Origin: a virus
Lineage: Duplodnaviria > Caudoviricetes
DNA: 64,000 nucleotides
Virus record (IMG/VR): IMGVR_UViG_651703101_000001
Span: 96,001 to 160,000 of that record
Reading direction: 5' to 3' (one strand)
Part shown: one piece after another, positions 31,986-39,858 of the stretch
Numbering within the stretch: the first letter of the stretch is position 1
How the letters are laid out: each line of letters starts with the position of its first letter
Notes under the pieces: generated by a model
What the model saw: only the letters and a program-made list of their open reading frames with translations
Databases searched by the model: none
What the model was told of the DNA's origin: nothing
Translations under genes and position numbers: made by a program

Positions 31986-32036
31986 TACTAAATAAAACAG
32001 TCAAGCTTAAAAGCCTACTAAATAAACTCAGTCAAG
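31986..32036 (+). promoter_or_regulatory. tandem T4-type late promoters
   Basis: Two direct copies of TACTAAATAAA...CAGTCAAG. Confidence 0.6.
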
Positions 32037-32044
32037 ATAAAACA

Positions 32045-32191
32045 ATGACCAAACGTTTTCCTACTAATGAATTCTATCCGATCGCTGATAATAGCGATTG
32101 GGAGGTTCTTTGTGGGAAAATGTAAGGTGTAAAGCACTAAACAGCAAACCACAAAGAACCTCCCAATCGAAAGAAAGGGAGGTTCTTTTTT
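32045..32191 (+). promoter_or_regulatory. leader-peptide transcription attenuator
   Basis: 26-codon ORF 32045-32125; segment 32095-32115 perfectly complementary to 32149-32169, which can alternatively pair with 32177-32188 followed by a T-run. Confidence 0.75.
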
Positions 32192-32205
32192 ACTATGTGA
32201 TCGTT

Positions 32206-32409
32206 ATGAAATCTAAATTTGATCGTTCCAATGTTCGTTGGTTTAGGAATACCGGAATCGCCCGTCGTTATGATGAACAAGAAGACAAATGGTTTTATTA
32301 TCTTAAATCCATCGATGGATTTGATGAAGAAACTGATTACTTCCAGATTCTAGATTGGGGAGCTCATTTCCCCGCTGAAGTCGGAAACCTCCTATTTGAT
32401 AACTACTGA
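32206..32409 (+). CDS. hypothetical protein
   Basis: ATG immediately after the attenuator; abuts the next gene. Confidence 0.55.
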   Translation: MKSKFDRSNVRWFRNTGIARRYDEQEDKWFYYLKSIDGFDEETDYFQILDWGAHFPAEVGNLLFDNY

Positions 32410-32879
32410 TGAAATTCTATCTTGATTGTGAATTTAATAGTTTTGGTGGAGAACTCATCTCCCTGGCCCTAGTGTCAGAAGATGAAGAAATCCGATTCTA
32501 TGAAGTTCTTCCCTTCGATCACATGAAACTTCACCCATGGGTAGAAGAAAACGTGATTCCAGTTCTGTTTAGAAAACCAAAAAGTTGTAAGGAAAAATTT
32601 ACTCACAAGTTAGGTTGTTTTCTTCGGGAAAATGCAGTCAATGGTGAAATTACCATCGTTGCTGACTGGCCTGAAGATGTTAAATACTTCTGTGAATCTC
32701 TAATTATTGGCCCAGGTAGTGCTGTTGATATGCCGAATATCAACTTTACTATAGATAGAGTGAATCTAGTCAGTACGGTTGATTATTCCATGGTTCCTCA
32801 TAATGCTCTGGAAGATGCACTTGCATTGGCCAGAGGTGCCAGTCAAAGAACCGGCACACAAGGCCGACCAACCACCTGA
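32409..32879 (+). CDS. DEDDh 3'-5' exoribonuclease-like protein (Rv2179c-like)
   Basis: FYLDCEF...LISLALV...D...HNALEDA. Confidence 0.75.
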   Translation: MKFYLDCEFNSFGGELISLALVSEDEEIRFYEVLPFDHMKLHPWVEENVIPVLFRKPKSCKEKFTHKLGCFLRENAVNGEITIVADWPEDVKYFCESLIIGPGSAVDMPNINFTIDRVNLVSTVDYSMVPHNALEDALALARGASQRTGTQGRPTT

Positions 32880-32952
32880 TCTTGTGTTATGCTAGCTAAG
32901 TGGTCAAGAGGGACACCGATTCGCATTGGAGGCTCTCTTAACCACAACAAAT

Positions 32953-33025
32953 GGGTTCGTAGCAATGTGGCCAACTGCACCCGGCTTTTAACCGGAGTAT
33001 GTGGGTTCGATTCCCACCGGACCTA
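32953..33025 (+). tRNA. tRNA-Lys(TTT)
   Basis: Cloverleaf, loop CTTTTAA. Confidence 0.85.
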
Positions 33026-33164
33026 TTGACCGAAATCGTCATTAAACTACAAATCCTATGAAGTTTATGGTATCGGCCGGTACCTGTAATGGATTGGTAA
33101 GTCTGTTAGGACTATAATCTAATAGGTGTAGGGTCCCCTTCCTGCAGGAAAAGTAATCCACCAA

Positions 33165-33236
33165 CGGGGTGTGGCTCAGAGGTAGAGCGCTTGTTTTGGG
33201 AACAAGACGTCGCAGGTTCGATCCCTGCCATCCCGA
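33165..33236 (+). tRNA. tRNA-Pro(TGG)
   Basis: Cloverleaf, loop TTTGGGA. Confidence 0.9.
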
Positions 33237-33534
33237 TTAGGATGTTCTGACTAGGGATAGTTAGGACACCAACTGACCTCGATATCCCATCGAGACTCAC
33301 TTGGCAAATCCTATACTCTCATCATAAGGTATGATTCCTTTATGATGGTTCGTTTATACCGATCCATTGTATTTGAATTCAGGTTCGACTCCTGAATGAG
33401 TGTTTTCCTCTTAACGGATCCTATAAAGAGGGAAAGGTGAATGTAGACATTGCAAGGTCCACGCTAACCTAGAACAAAACATCATGGTTCGATTCCTAAG
33501 CTCTGGTGAGTGTGATGCGAGTTCTAAATTTTCT

Positions 33535-33619
33535 GGGTGTATGGCAACTATTGGTATGTTGCGGTTGTCTGTAAAACAACTGTCCCTGACTATTGGAGGT
33601 TCGATTCCTCTTGCGCCCA
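33535..33619 (+). tRNA. tRNA-Tyr(GTA)
   Basis: Loop CTGTAAA, long variable arm. Confidence 0.85.
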
Positions 33620-33675
33620 CTTAGTCCTAAGCATGACTCTAAACTGTTTAACCTTTTGTTATATAATAAGCTCAA

Positions 33676-34203
33676 ATGGCAAAGTTCAAAGTAGGCGACC
33701 ATGTTAGGCGCGGCCGCGGAACTAAACCCGCAGTTGTGACTTCCGTAGGTTACTGTATCTACTGTCGTTATCTTGAATCTCGTAGCACTTTCAGCGCCTA
33801 CGAATCCGATCTCGTCCTTCTAGACGAATATGAAGTAAACTCTCTTAATACTATGAACTCCACTCTCTACACTTTCAAAGAAAATGATGTCGATGTCTAT
33901 GCATCCGTCATTGGTAAGACTGAAGCCGGTCTTCTTGTCCTTGAAGTCCGCGGCGGTGGTGGTATCTTCACCAAGTCACCATCTGATGTGACCGAAGTGG
34001 TTCCTTACACCGTTTCTATTAACTTCAATGGAATCGACTCTCACTATGAAGTCCCTAAGGGTCTTCTCGCCAAAGGTGATGTTCTTCTTCGTGATGATGG
34101 CAAGTTCGGTACTGTTGTAGAACTGGACACTAAGAAGAAGAATGCCAATTCTAAACTGGTTGCCCGTCGTGTTCTGACTGAAGAACTCAGCATCGGCTCC
34201 TGA
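33676..34203 (+). CDS. hypothetical beta-rich protein
   Basis: KFKVGDHV start; 175-aa ORF. Confidence 0.6.
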   Translation: MAKFKVGDHVRRGRGTKPAVVTSVGYCIYCRYLESRSTFSAYESDLVLLDEYEVNSLNTMNSTLYTFKENDVDVYASVIGKTEAGLLVLEVRGGGGIFTKSPSDVTEVVPYTVSINFNGIDSHYEVPKGLLAKGDVLLRDDGKFGTVVELDTKKKNANSKLVARRVLTEELSIGS

Positions 34204-34518
34204 ATTTCTAGGTTAAATAGTAAGTAAAGTTTGGTAAGGAATAGAACTATCTAGCACTGCCAAATACCTAGAATTGGAAGTGGTTGGACAATCAGCTGTG
34301 CACAAGTGATTCAGGTTCGATTCCTGACACTTCCCTGGTCCTGAGTAAAGACCGTAAACTGCTCTAGTGGGGAACTACTATTCAGGCTCTTGCCGGAGTA
34401 ACTGATCCTGGCTCGAAATGGACGGCAATCCATTCTCCCAGATAGTGTCCTATCAGTACCGCCAACAGCGGGCTGATAAATAAGTCTGGTGGGTCGGACT
34501 ATAAAATTCCCACCGCCC

Positions 34519-34590
34519 GCGAATGTAATTCAGTGGTAGAATGTCTGCTTGCCAAGTAGATTGTCGTCGGTTCAAATCCGATCATTCGCT
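34519..34590 (+). tRNA. tRNA-Gly(GCC)
   Basis: Cloverleaf, loop TTGCCAA. Confidence 0.9.
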
Positions 34591-34593
34591 CTT

Positions 34594-34659
34594 GTGACAG
34601 TTGAAAGACTGGCACACACCCGGTTGACCCCCAAAGGAAAATCGGTTATCTTAGCTAAG
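34594..34659 (+). promoter_or_regulatory. palindrome plus sigma70-type promoter
   Basis: GTGACAGT-N6-ACTGGCAC, TTGACC-N17-TATCTT, AGCTAAG. Confidence 0.8.
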
Positions 34660-34856
34660 TGGTCGAGAGGGGAACGGTTGAAGCCCGATTCCCAGACTCC
34701 ACTAACTAAGGACCTAATGGCCCAACCAAAGTTAAAGTTTCTGTGGTAAAGTCGTGAAACCTAGCAAGAGATAATCTCAAATGCGAACCGCCAAAAGTCT
34801 GGAGGCGTTAAAATGAAGGACCTCTTTCCTCGGCATGAAATGAAACTGCCCACAAT

Positions 34857-34930
34857 GGTCCTGTAGCATAGTGGTCTAATGCACTACCCTGTCACGGTAG
34901 GTTACGTCGGTTCAAATCCGATCAGGATCG
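34857..34930 (+). tRNA. tRNA-Asp(GTC)
   Basis: Cloverleaf, loop CTGTCAC. Confidence 0.9.
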
Positions 34931-34984
34931 CTTAGAATAGGTTTCCGTAACCTATTCGCGATGAGACTTAATTCTCATCACTTT

Positions 34985-35055
34985 GCCTAGTTCGTCTAAT
35001 GGTAAGACAAGAGCTTCCAAACCTCTTGACGTGGGTTCGATTCCTACACTGGGTG
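34985..35055 (+). tRNA. tRNA-Trp(CCA)
   Basis: Cloverleaf, loop TTCCAAA. Confidence 0.88.
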
Positions 35056-35083
35056 TTGTCTGCATAGACATTAAACAAGCAAA

Positions 35084-35712
35084 TTGGGATTGTCTCTCCC
35101 CTATAACTGAAAAGGTTATAGAAAATCAGAATCCAATCTACGGGGTCTGAGCTTCTTCGGAAGTATAAGAGAACGAAGGATGGAGAATACGGGTGCATGC
35201 CCTTCCGACTCCACTATGCCTTTATTGGTTAAGACTCCTTGGCGGGAGAAGAAACCATAAGTAACATTTAAGAGTGAGTGCCTCGCCAAAGGTAAATGCT
35301 TCTTATCTGATTGGGGATTACAGTAGTTGTCCCAAAAGTAGTACGGAAATCTCTTAATGGAAATAAGAATCGCCGTGAAAGTAGCGTATGTCGTAGCCTT
35401 CGGGTGGCATATTTGACAAACTGCGATTGGTGAAATCGAAGCCTCTAAGGTCATTTTGGAAACGAAATGATTTCTGTCGAAAGACCTTCTGTTGGTTATG
35501 TTCACGGCATAACAGATGGAAAGATGTGCGAAACTAGAGTCTGATCAATTCAGGGTAGCAAGCATAGAAGGTGGATCCAATTAACCGATTTGCTAGTTAG
35601 AACAAACTAGAGAGGAAGAATCTAAACTCGGATACGACGAGGTGTGCGACTACTGAAAATATCATCAGTAGCATAGATTCAGTGGGACTAGACGACACTA
35701 AAGCCCACAACC
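35084..35712 (+). ncRNA. large ornate structured ncRNA (GOLLD/ROOL-class candidate)
   Basis: ~630 nt without a sense ORF between two tRNAs, dense with hairpins capped by UUCG or GAAA loops. Confidence 0.6.
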
Positions 35713-35715
35713 CAA

Positions 35716-35787
35716 TGGCATGTAGTTCAGCGGTAGAACGCTTGGCTGTTAACCAAGTTGTCGCAGGTTCGATCCCTGCCGTGCCAG
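35716..35787 (+). tRNA. tRNA-Asn(GTT)
   Basis: Cloverleaf, loop CTGTTAA. Confidence 0.92.
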
Positions 35788-35865
35788 TTGGAAGGAAACT
35801 CGGTCTTAGAGACTTCTATTCAATGAAGCCACTCACTGGTAATCAATCCAGTTCCTTCCCTAATT

Positions 35866-35941
35866 GCTCCAGTAGACAAATTGGTAAAGTCGCCTCTCTT
35901 TCAAAGAGGACATTTTGCGAGTTCGAGGCTCGTCTGGAGTT
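35866..35941 (+). tRNA. tRNA-Glu(TTC)
   Basis: Cloverleaf, loop CTTTCAA. Confidence 0.85.
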
Positions 35942-35969
35942 CTTGTCCGAAATGACATTAAACTAATAT

Positions 35970-36040
35970 ATCGTGTTAGCTCAGTGGTAGAGCAGCTTTC
36001 GATAGGAAGCAGACCCAGGTTCGATTCCGGCCACGACCCA
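35970..36040 (+). ncRNA. aberrant tRNA-like RNA (no 7-nt anticodon loop)
   Basis: Intact D arm (TAGCTCAGTGGTAGAGC) and GGTTCGATTCC; anticodon arm folds as GCTTTC-GATA-GGAAGC; ends in CCA. Confidence 0.6.
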
Positions 36041-36042
36041 AT

Positions 36043-36115
36043 ACAGTCATCGACTAGCGGTCTAGGTCGCTACCCTCTCAAGGTGGAAACACCAGTTCAA
36101 ATCTGGTTGGCTGTA
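36043..36115 (+). tRNA. tRNA-Glu(CTC)
   Basis: Cloverleaf, loop CTCTCAA. Confidence 0.85.
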
Positions 36116-36568
36116 TTTGCTATAGAAAGTTCCTGTAACCCAACCTAACCTTAGCGGGGGGTTACCTTCGGGAGAATCCCCGCTGCCACAATTACTTTCC
36201 AGCAAACACTAAAAATAAGTCATAGGAAATTCCTTTGAATACCCAACTTTTGGTCGTGGGTTCGAGCCCCACCATCATAACTTCGGTTATGGTGTAGCTC
36301 AGTTGGTAGAGCGAAAGTCATTCTATTTCCCGACTAAAACTAAAATCTTGTCAAAAGAAGTTCCTGTTTTATACACTTTTAATGTAGCCACTATACTTCT
36401 CGACAACCCTTAAATAAGGCACATGAGGTTCCTTTCAAACCCTTTGTCTGAAACACAAACTCATTACCTCTCGCCTTAAAACCAAAAAGATAAAAGAAGT
36501 TCCTCTTTTCTGTAGGTTCGACTCCTACAGAGCTCATCGAGCTCTGACGGTTAATTTTACTTCTCATC
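36116..36568 (+). ncRNA. array of five Y-RNA-like stem-loop RNAs (36116-36206, 36218-36335, 36348-36406, 36416-36477, 36489-36568)
   Basis: Each unit: outer stem, AHA opposite a single C, 6-bp stem, invariant TCCT, variable insert; stems covary between units. Confidence 0.8.
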
Positions 36569-36579
36569 CCCAATTTATT

Positions 36580-38421
36580 ATGACTATCGATAAGAAATAC
36601 GCCTCACTCAGACTTTTCAACGCAGTTGTCGTTGGAGAGAGAACAAACACTTCGTTGGACTATATGTTCAACTCAGCACGTGGTATTGTCATTGCCCCTT
36701 CTGCAATGCACCGTGTTAATGATATTAAGAAATACGTTAATGACCGTCAGCTTTCGGGTGAAGAGCTCAACGCTACTTTCTATTCCAACTGGGAAAAGGT
36801 AAGAACTGTCTCCCTGGAACAAAGAATGCGTGATCAAATCACCCACTATTTTAGCACCTATGGTCTGGAGGCACTGGGTCTTGATTCTCCTGATTATATC
36901 TATCTGCCAAACCCTGGTGTGAAGGACATTCCAGATAACCTGCAAGTTCTTGTCATCAAAGGTGTCCGTAAGGAAGATCTCCAAGCAGCATGCTTTAAGA
37001 TGCTTGCAAGTGGTGTTGCTCTCAAGCAAGAAACCATTGAAGATATTCTTTATGTTCTAGAGTATGACTGTGGTTATAAGTTCAACGGTACCGAAGTCAT
37101 CAAGAACCGTGAAGCACAAGTGCTTGTCTATGACAAGACTGGTGTATTCCCACGGGATTCCGAATCCGTACTTCGTTACCTTGTCTACAAGGCCACCGGT
37201 GAAACTCTGGTCATCAAGAACAAGTATATGATTGACAAGATCCGTTGTTCTGGTTATGAACTGCCTATGCAACTGAACGTTCGTGAGCTTGCCAAAACCT
37301 TCAACCGTTACAAGCCACTATGGCTAGCATTCAAGAAGGCAAATCGTAAAAACGCCAATACCATCAACCGGATTGCGAAGTTGTCCAAGACACTTCACAC
37401 TCCAATGAAGGTTAATGTTCTTACAAATATCACCTCTCTTCTTCCTAGTGTCGAAGATGTCAAGAAGGCATGTGAGAATGCAAACGGTTTCCAAGTTGCC
37501 CGGGCACTGAATGTAGTTCGTCTGTATAAGGCCAACAACACTTCCCGTATGTATAGTGTACGGAATGGTAAACTGTTCGTGAAGGCCGCAGAGGGTAAGA
37601 CCTTCAATACCAACAAGTACGAAGTTCCTCTGATTAGTGCACTGCAAGGTAAGACTTCCGAGAAGACTTACTATATCCCTGATGAACTGGACTATGCACT
37701 ACCTGTGTCTGAAAAGATGTTCTCTGGTAATGTGCCAACCGGTTCCTCTATCCTGGCTCCAATCGGTGCCGAGCATCTGCTGGTGGGTATCTACTGGGAG
37801 GATGAGGGTTACGGTTCCCGTACTGACCTTGACCTCAGTGCAGTCAACTTGAAGCAAAAGATTGGCTGGAACTCTGCATGGAGAACTGGTGGCTCTGAAC
37901 TGATGTACTCTGGTGATGTTACTTCCGGTCACGGTGGTGCTGCAGAATACATGTACATGAATAATGGACTGAAGGATAGCTACATGCTGACCGTCAATCT
38001 TTATTCCGGTACCGTAGGTAAGCCATTCAAGGTGATTGTTGGTTATGGTTCACTCAAGAGTGGTGGCTATAACAGTAACAGTAATAGTAACTATGTCATC
38101 GATCCTAACAAAGTCATCTTCCAAGCTGACTGTGTAATGAGAAAGAGACAAATGATGATTGGTACCATCGAACCAGTCCCACAGATTGGTGCAGATCCTA
38201 CCGTCAAGTTCACTCTACTTGATCGGGCTGTACAAAACAGTCGGGTCACTCCTTCTGGTCAGAATACCGAAACCCTCGCACTTGATTATATGTTGAGTGC
38301 AAACGCCACCTCACTTCGTCTTCGTGACTTTGTGAAAACTGTGGATAGTCCTCTACTCGCTGATGTAGACCTGAGCATGCAATCCCTCACCAGGGATAGT
38401 GTACTCTCCATCTTTGAGTGA
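36580..38421 (+). CDS. 613-aa protein: helical (TROVE/ROT-like, inferred) region plus C-terminal TerD-like domain
   Basis: C-terminal GIYW...DLDLSAV...GWN...YSGDVTS...AAEY matches TerD-type acidic motifs; N-terminal QITHYFSTYG and basic helical segments. Confidence 0.6.
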   Translation: MTIDKKYASLRLFNAVVVGERTNTSLDYMFNSARGIVIAPSAMHRVNDIKKYVNDRQLSGEELNATFYSNWEKVRTVSLEQRMRDQITHYFSTYGLEALGLDSPDYIYLPNPGVKDIPDNLQVLVIKGVRKEDLQAACFKMLASGVALKQETIEDILYVLEYDCGYKFNGTEVIKNREAQVLVYDKTGVFPRDSESVLRYLVYKATGETLVIKNKYMIDKIRCSGYELPMQLNVRELAKTFNRYKPLWLAFKKANRKNANTINRIAKLSKTLHTPMKVNVLTNITSLLPSVEDVKKACENANGFQVARALNVVRLYKANNTSRMYSVRNGKLFVKAAEGKTFNTNKYEVPLISALQGKTSEKTYYIPDELDYALPVSEKMFSGNVPTGSSILAPIGAEHLLVGIYWEDEGYGSRTDLDLSAVNLKQKIGWNSAWRTGGSELMYSGDVTSGHGGAAEYMYMNNGLKDSYMLTVNLYSGTVGKPFKVIVGYGSLKSGGYNSNSNSNYVIDPNKVIFQADCVMRKRQMMIGTIEPVPQIGADPTVKFTLLDRAVQNSRVTPSGQNTETLALDYMLSANATSLRLRDFVKTVDSPLLADVDLSMQSLTRDSVLSIFE

Positions 38422-38424
38422 GTT

Positions 38425-38484
38425 GTCCATGGCAAAGGAAGTTCCTTTTATACAATTTGGATGTCTTTACTTCCCGCCATGGAC
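38425..38484 (+). ncRNA. sixth Y-RNA-like stem-loop RNA
   Basis: GTCCATGGC-AAA-GGAAGT-TCCT...T-ACTTCC-C-GCCATGGAC, 3 nt after the gene stop. Confidence 0.8.
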
Positions 38485-38673
38485 TAACTAAATAGATGTA
38501 CCAGTTGAGGAACTGGCACACCAGGCATCCCACCGGGGTCAATCGGTGTTATGCTAGCTAAGTGGTCAAGAGAGACCGGCCCGAGATATCGGTAACCGAC
38601 TGTTTCTTGACCACAACATGACCTCCTAAAAGATAACAGTCCATGGTTTTGCGTAGGGTGACACCCTACATCA

Positions 38674-38748
38674 CCGGGTGTAGCTCAGTTTGGCCAGAGC
38701 ATTCCGTTTGGGGCGGAGGGGTCAGAGGTTCAAATCCTCTCACTCGGA
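38674..38748 (+). tRNA. tRNA-Pro(TGG), second copy
   Basis: Cloverleaf, loop TTTGGGG. Confidence 0.85.
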
Positions 38749-38811
38749 TTGATAGTAAGGCATTACTATCAAAGGACTGTCAGTGGTCCTTTAAGACAAG
38801 ATGGTTTAGAT

Positions 38812-38884
38812 TCTGCATTGGGCGAGTCTGGAACTCCGCCGGGCCTGGCGCCCGGAGACGTTGGTTCAAATCCAACATGCAGGT
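38812..38884 (+). ncRNA. atypical tRNA-like RNA (Pro TGG-like, C33)
   Basis: TCTGCAT/ATGCAGG acceptor, CCGGG-CCTGGCG-CCCGG arm, GTTGG-TTCAAAT-CCAAC T arm. Confidence 0.6.
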
Positions 38885-38943
38885 CGTGAACAGTGATTAT
38901 GCCTGATCATGTCGTTCTAATCTGAACCTAGTCACTGACATAT

Positions 38944-39014
38944 GGAGATATAGCTCAACGGCAGAGCAACCGGCCGATTACCGGATGATGAGAGTTCGAC
39001 TCTTTCTATCTCTA
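38944..39014 (+). tRNA. atypical tRNA-Ile(GAT)-like
   Basis: Cloverleaf with unusual loop CCGATTA. Confidence 0.65.
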
Positions 39015-39054
39015 CTTGTGGGTTTTGTCCACCACGTTAAAAACGGGATGTTAT

Positions 39055-39128
39055 AGGAACATAGCATAGTGGCCTAATGCACACGGCTGATAACCGTGAG
39101 ATCGTCAGTTCAAATCTGACTGTTCCTA
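39055..39128 (+). tRNA. tRNA-Ile(GAT)
   Basis: Cloverleaf, loop CTGATAA. Confidence 0.9.
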
Positions 39129-39200
39129 TTGGGAGGCAATTCTAGATTATCCCAACCGTGTGCACCCTACCGGATCTGAATAGATAAAGTGGGTCCAATC

Positions 39201-39274
39201 GGGAACTTAGCTCAGTTGCGTAGAGCACTTGGTTGAAGCCCAAGGTGTCGTCGGTTCGATTCCGTCAGTTCCCA
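39201..39274 (+). tRNA. tRNA-Phe(GAA)
   Basis: Cloverleaf, loop TTGAAGC. Confidence 0.88.
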
Positions 39275-39312
39275 TTTGAGGAAGTCATACCTCATTAAAA
39301 ACATGACACAAT

Positions 39313-39385
39313 GGGGTCTTAGCACAACTGGTAGTGCAATTGCTTTGCAAGCAATAGGTTAGGGGTTCGAGTCCCCTAGATTCCA
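39313..39385 (+). tRNA. tRNA-Ala(TGC)
   Basis: Cloverleaf, loop TTTGCAA, G3-U70. Confidence 0.9.
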
Positions 39386-39440
39386 TTTTCCGGCTTCAAT
39401 GAGTAAACCGGAGGTTGTTAGTTTCCCATAAACTATCATC

Positions 39441-39609
39441 AAACATAAGTGAGTACCCAAACTGGTAAAGGGGGGTGTGGATTCAGCCAATACGGATGGG
39501 ATTGTGAATACTAAAAACAATCTCCTAGCTCATGGTCGAAACTACCTTTCAAGTAACAGCTAGACGTAATCTTGATATGTGGGTTCGACTCCCACCTCAG
39601 ACTGTGTTT
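39441..39609 (+). ncRNA. tRNA-like RNA with ~100-nt structured insert
   Basis: D arm CCC-AAACTGGTAAA-GGG and T arm GTGGG-TTCGACT-CCCAC enclosing two extra hairpins. Confidence 0.6.
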
Positions 39610-39761
39610 ACCCGATTCCTGTAAGTTTGCTAGTGTGTAGCAGAGAATCGTAGCAAGAACTAGAATTGTGATACCTACAATCGCCCACCTCCTTGAGGCA
39701 GAGTTCATAAGTCGTCAGTTCGTAACTCGTAAGTTAACTGTATCGAACGTAGGTTCATCAT

Positions 39762-39833
39762 AGGTCCATAACTCAGCGGCAGAGTGCTACCTCGACACGG
39801 TAGAAGTCGTCAGTTCAATCCTGACTGGACCTA
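39762..39833 (+). tRNA. tRNA-Val(GAC)
   Basis: Cloverleaf, loop TCGACAC. Confidence 0.88.
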
Positions 39834-39858
39834 TTCTCTTTTGTTTATCTTCTTTATA

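Noticed and set aside
32098-32205. N-terminal extension of ORF 32098-32409
   Set aside because: It runs through the attenuator hairpins; ATG 32206 is the more plausible start.
35084-35712. Group I intron, RNase P RNA or tmRNA
   Set aside because: There is no interrupted gene, and I could not find the conserved cores of these RNAs by eye.
36252-36313. Ordinary tRNA gene
   Set aside because: The T arm precedes the D arm and there is no anticodon loop or free acceptor end, so it was treated as a tRNA mimic.
36116-36568. CRISPR array
   Set aside because: The repeats are bipartite paired stems, not identical direct repeats. The inserts are structured and of very different lengths, and there are no cas genes in the window.
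37619-37630. Seventh Y-like unit (GAAGTTCCT)
   Set aside because: It lies inside the coding region and lacks the AHA bulge and the complementary 3' half.
33112-39708. Short ORFs listed over tRNAs and ncRNAs (33112-33300, 33411-33620, 34549-34749, 35116-35505, 35682-35966, 36391-36573, 38643-38906, 39511-39708)
   Set aside because: They overlap RNA genes or lie antisense to them and have no protein-like features.
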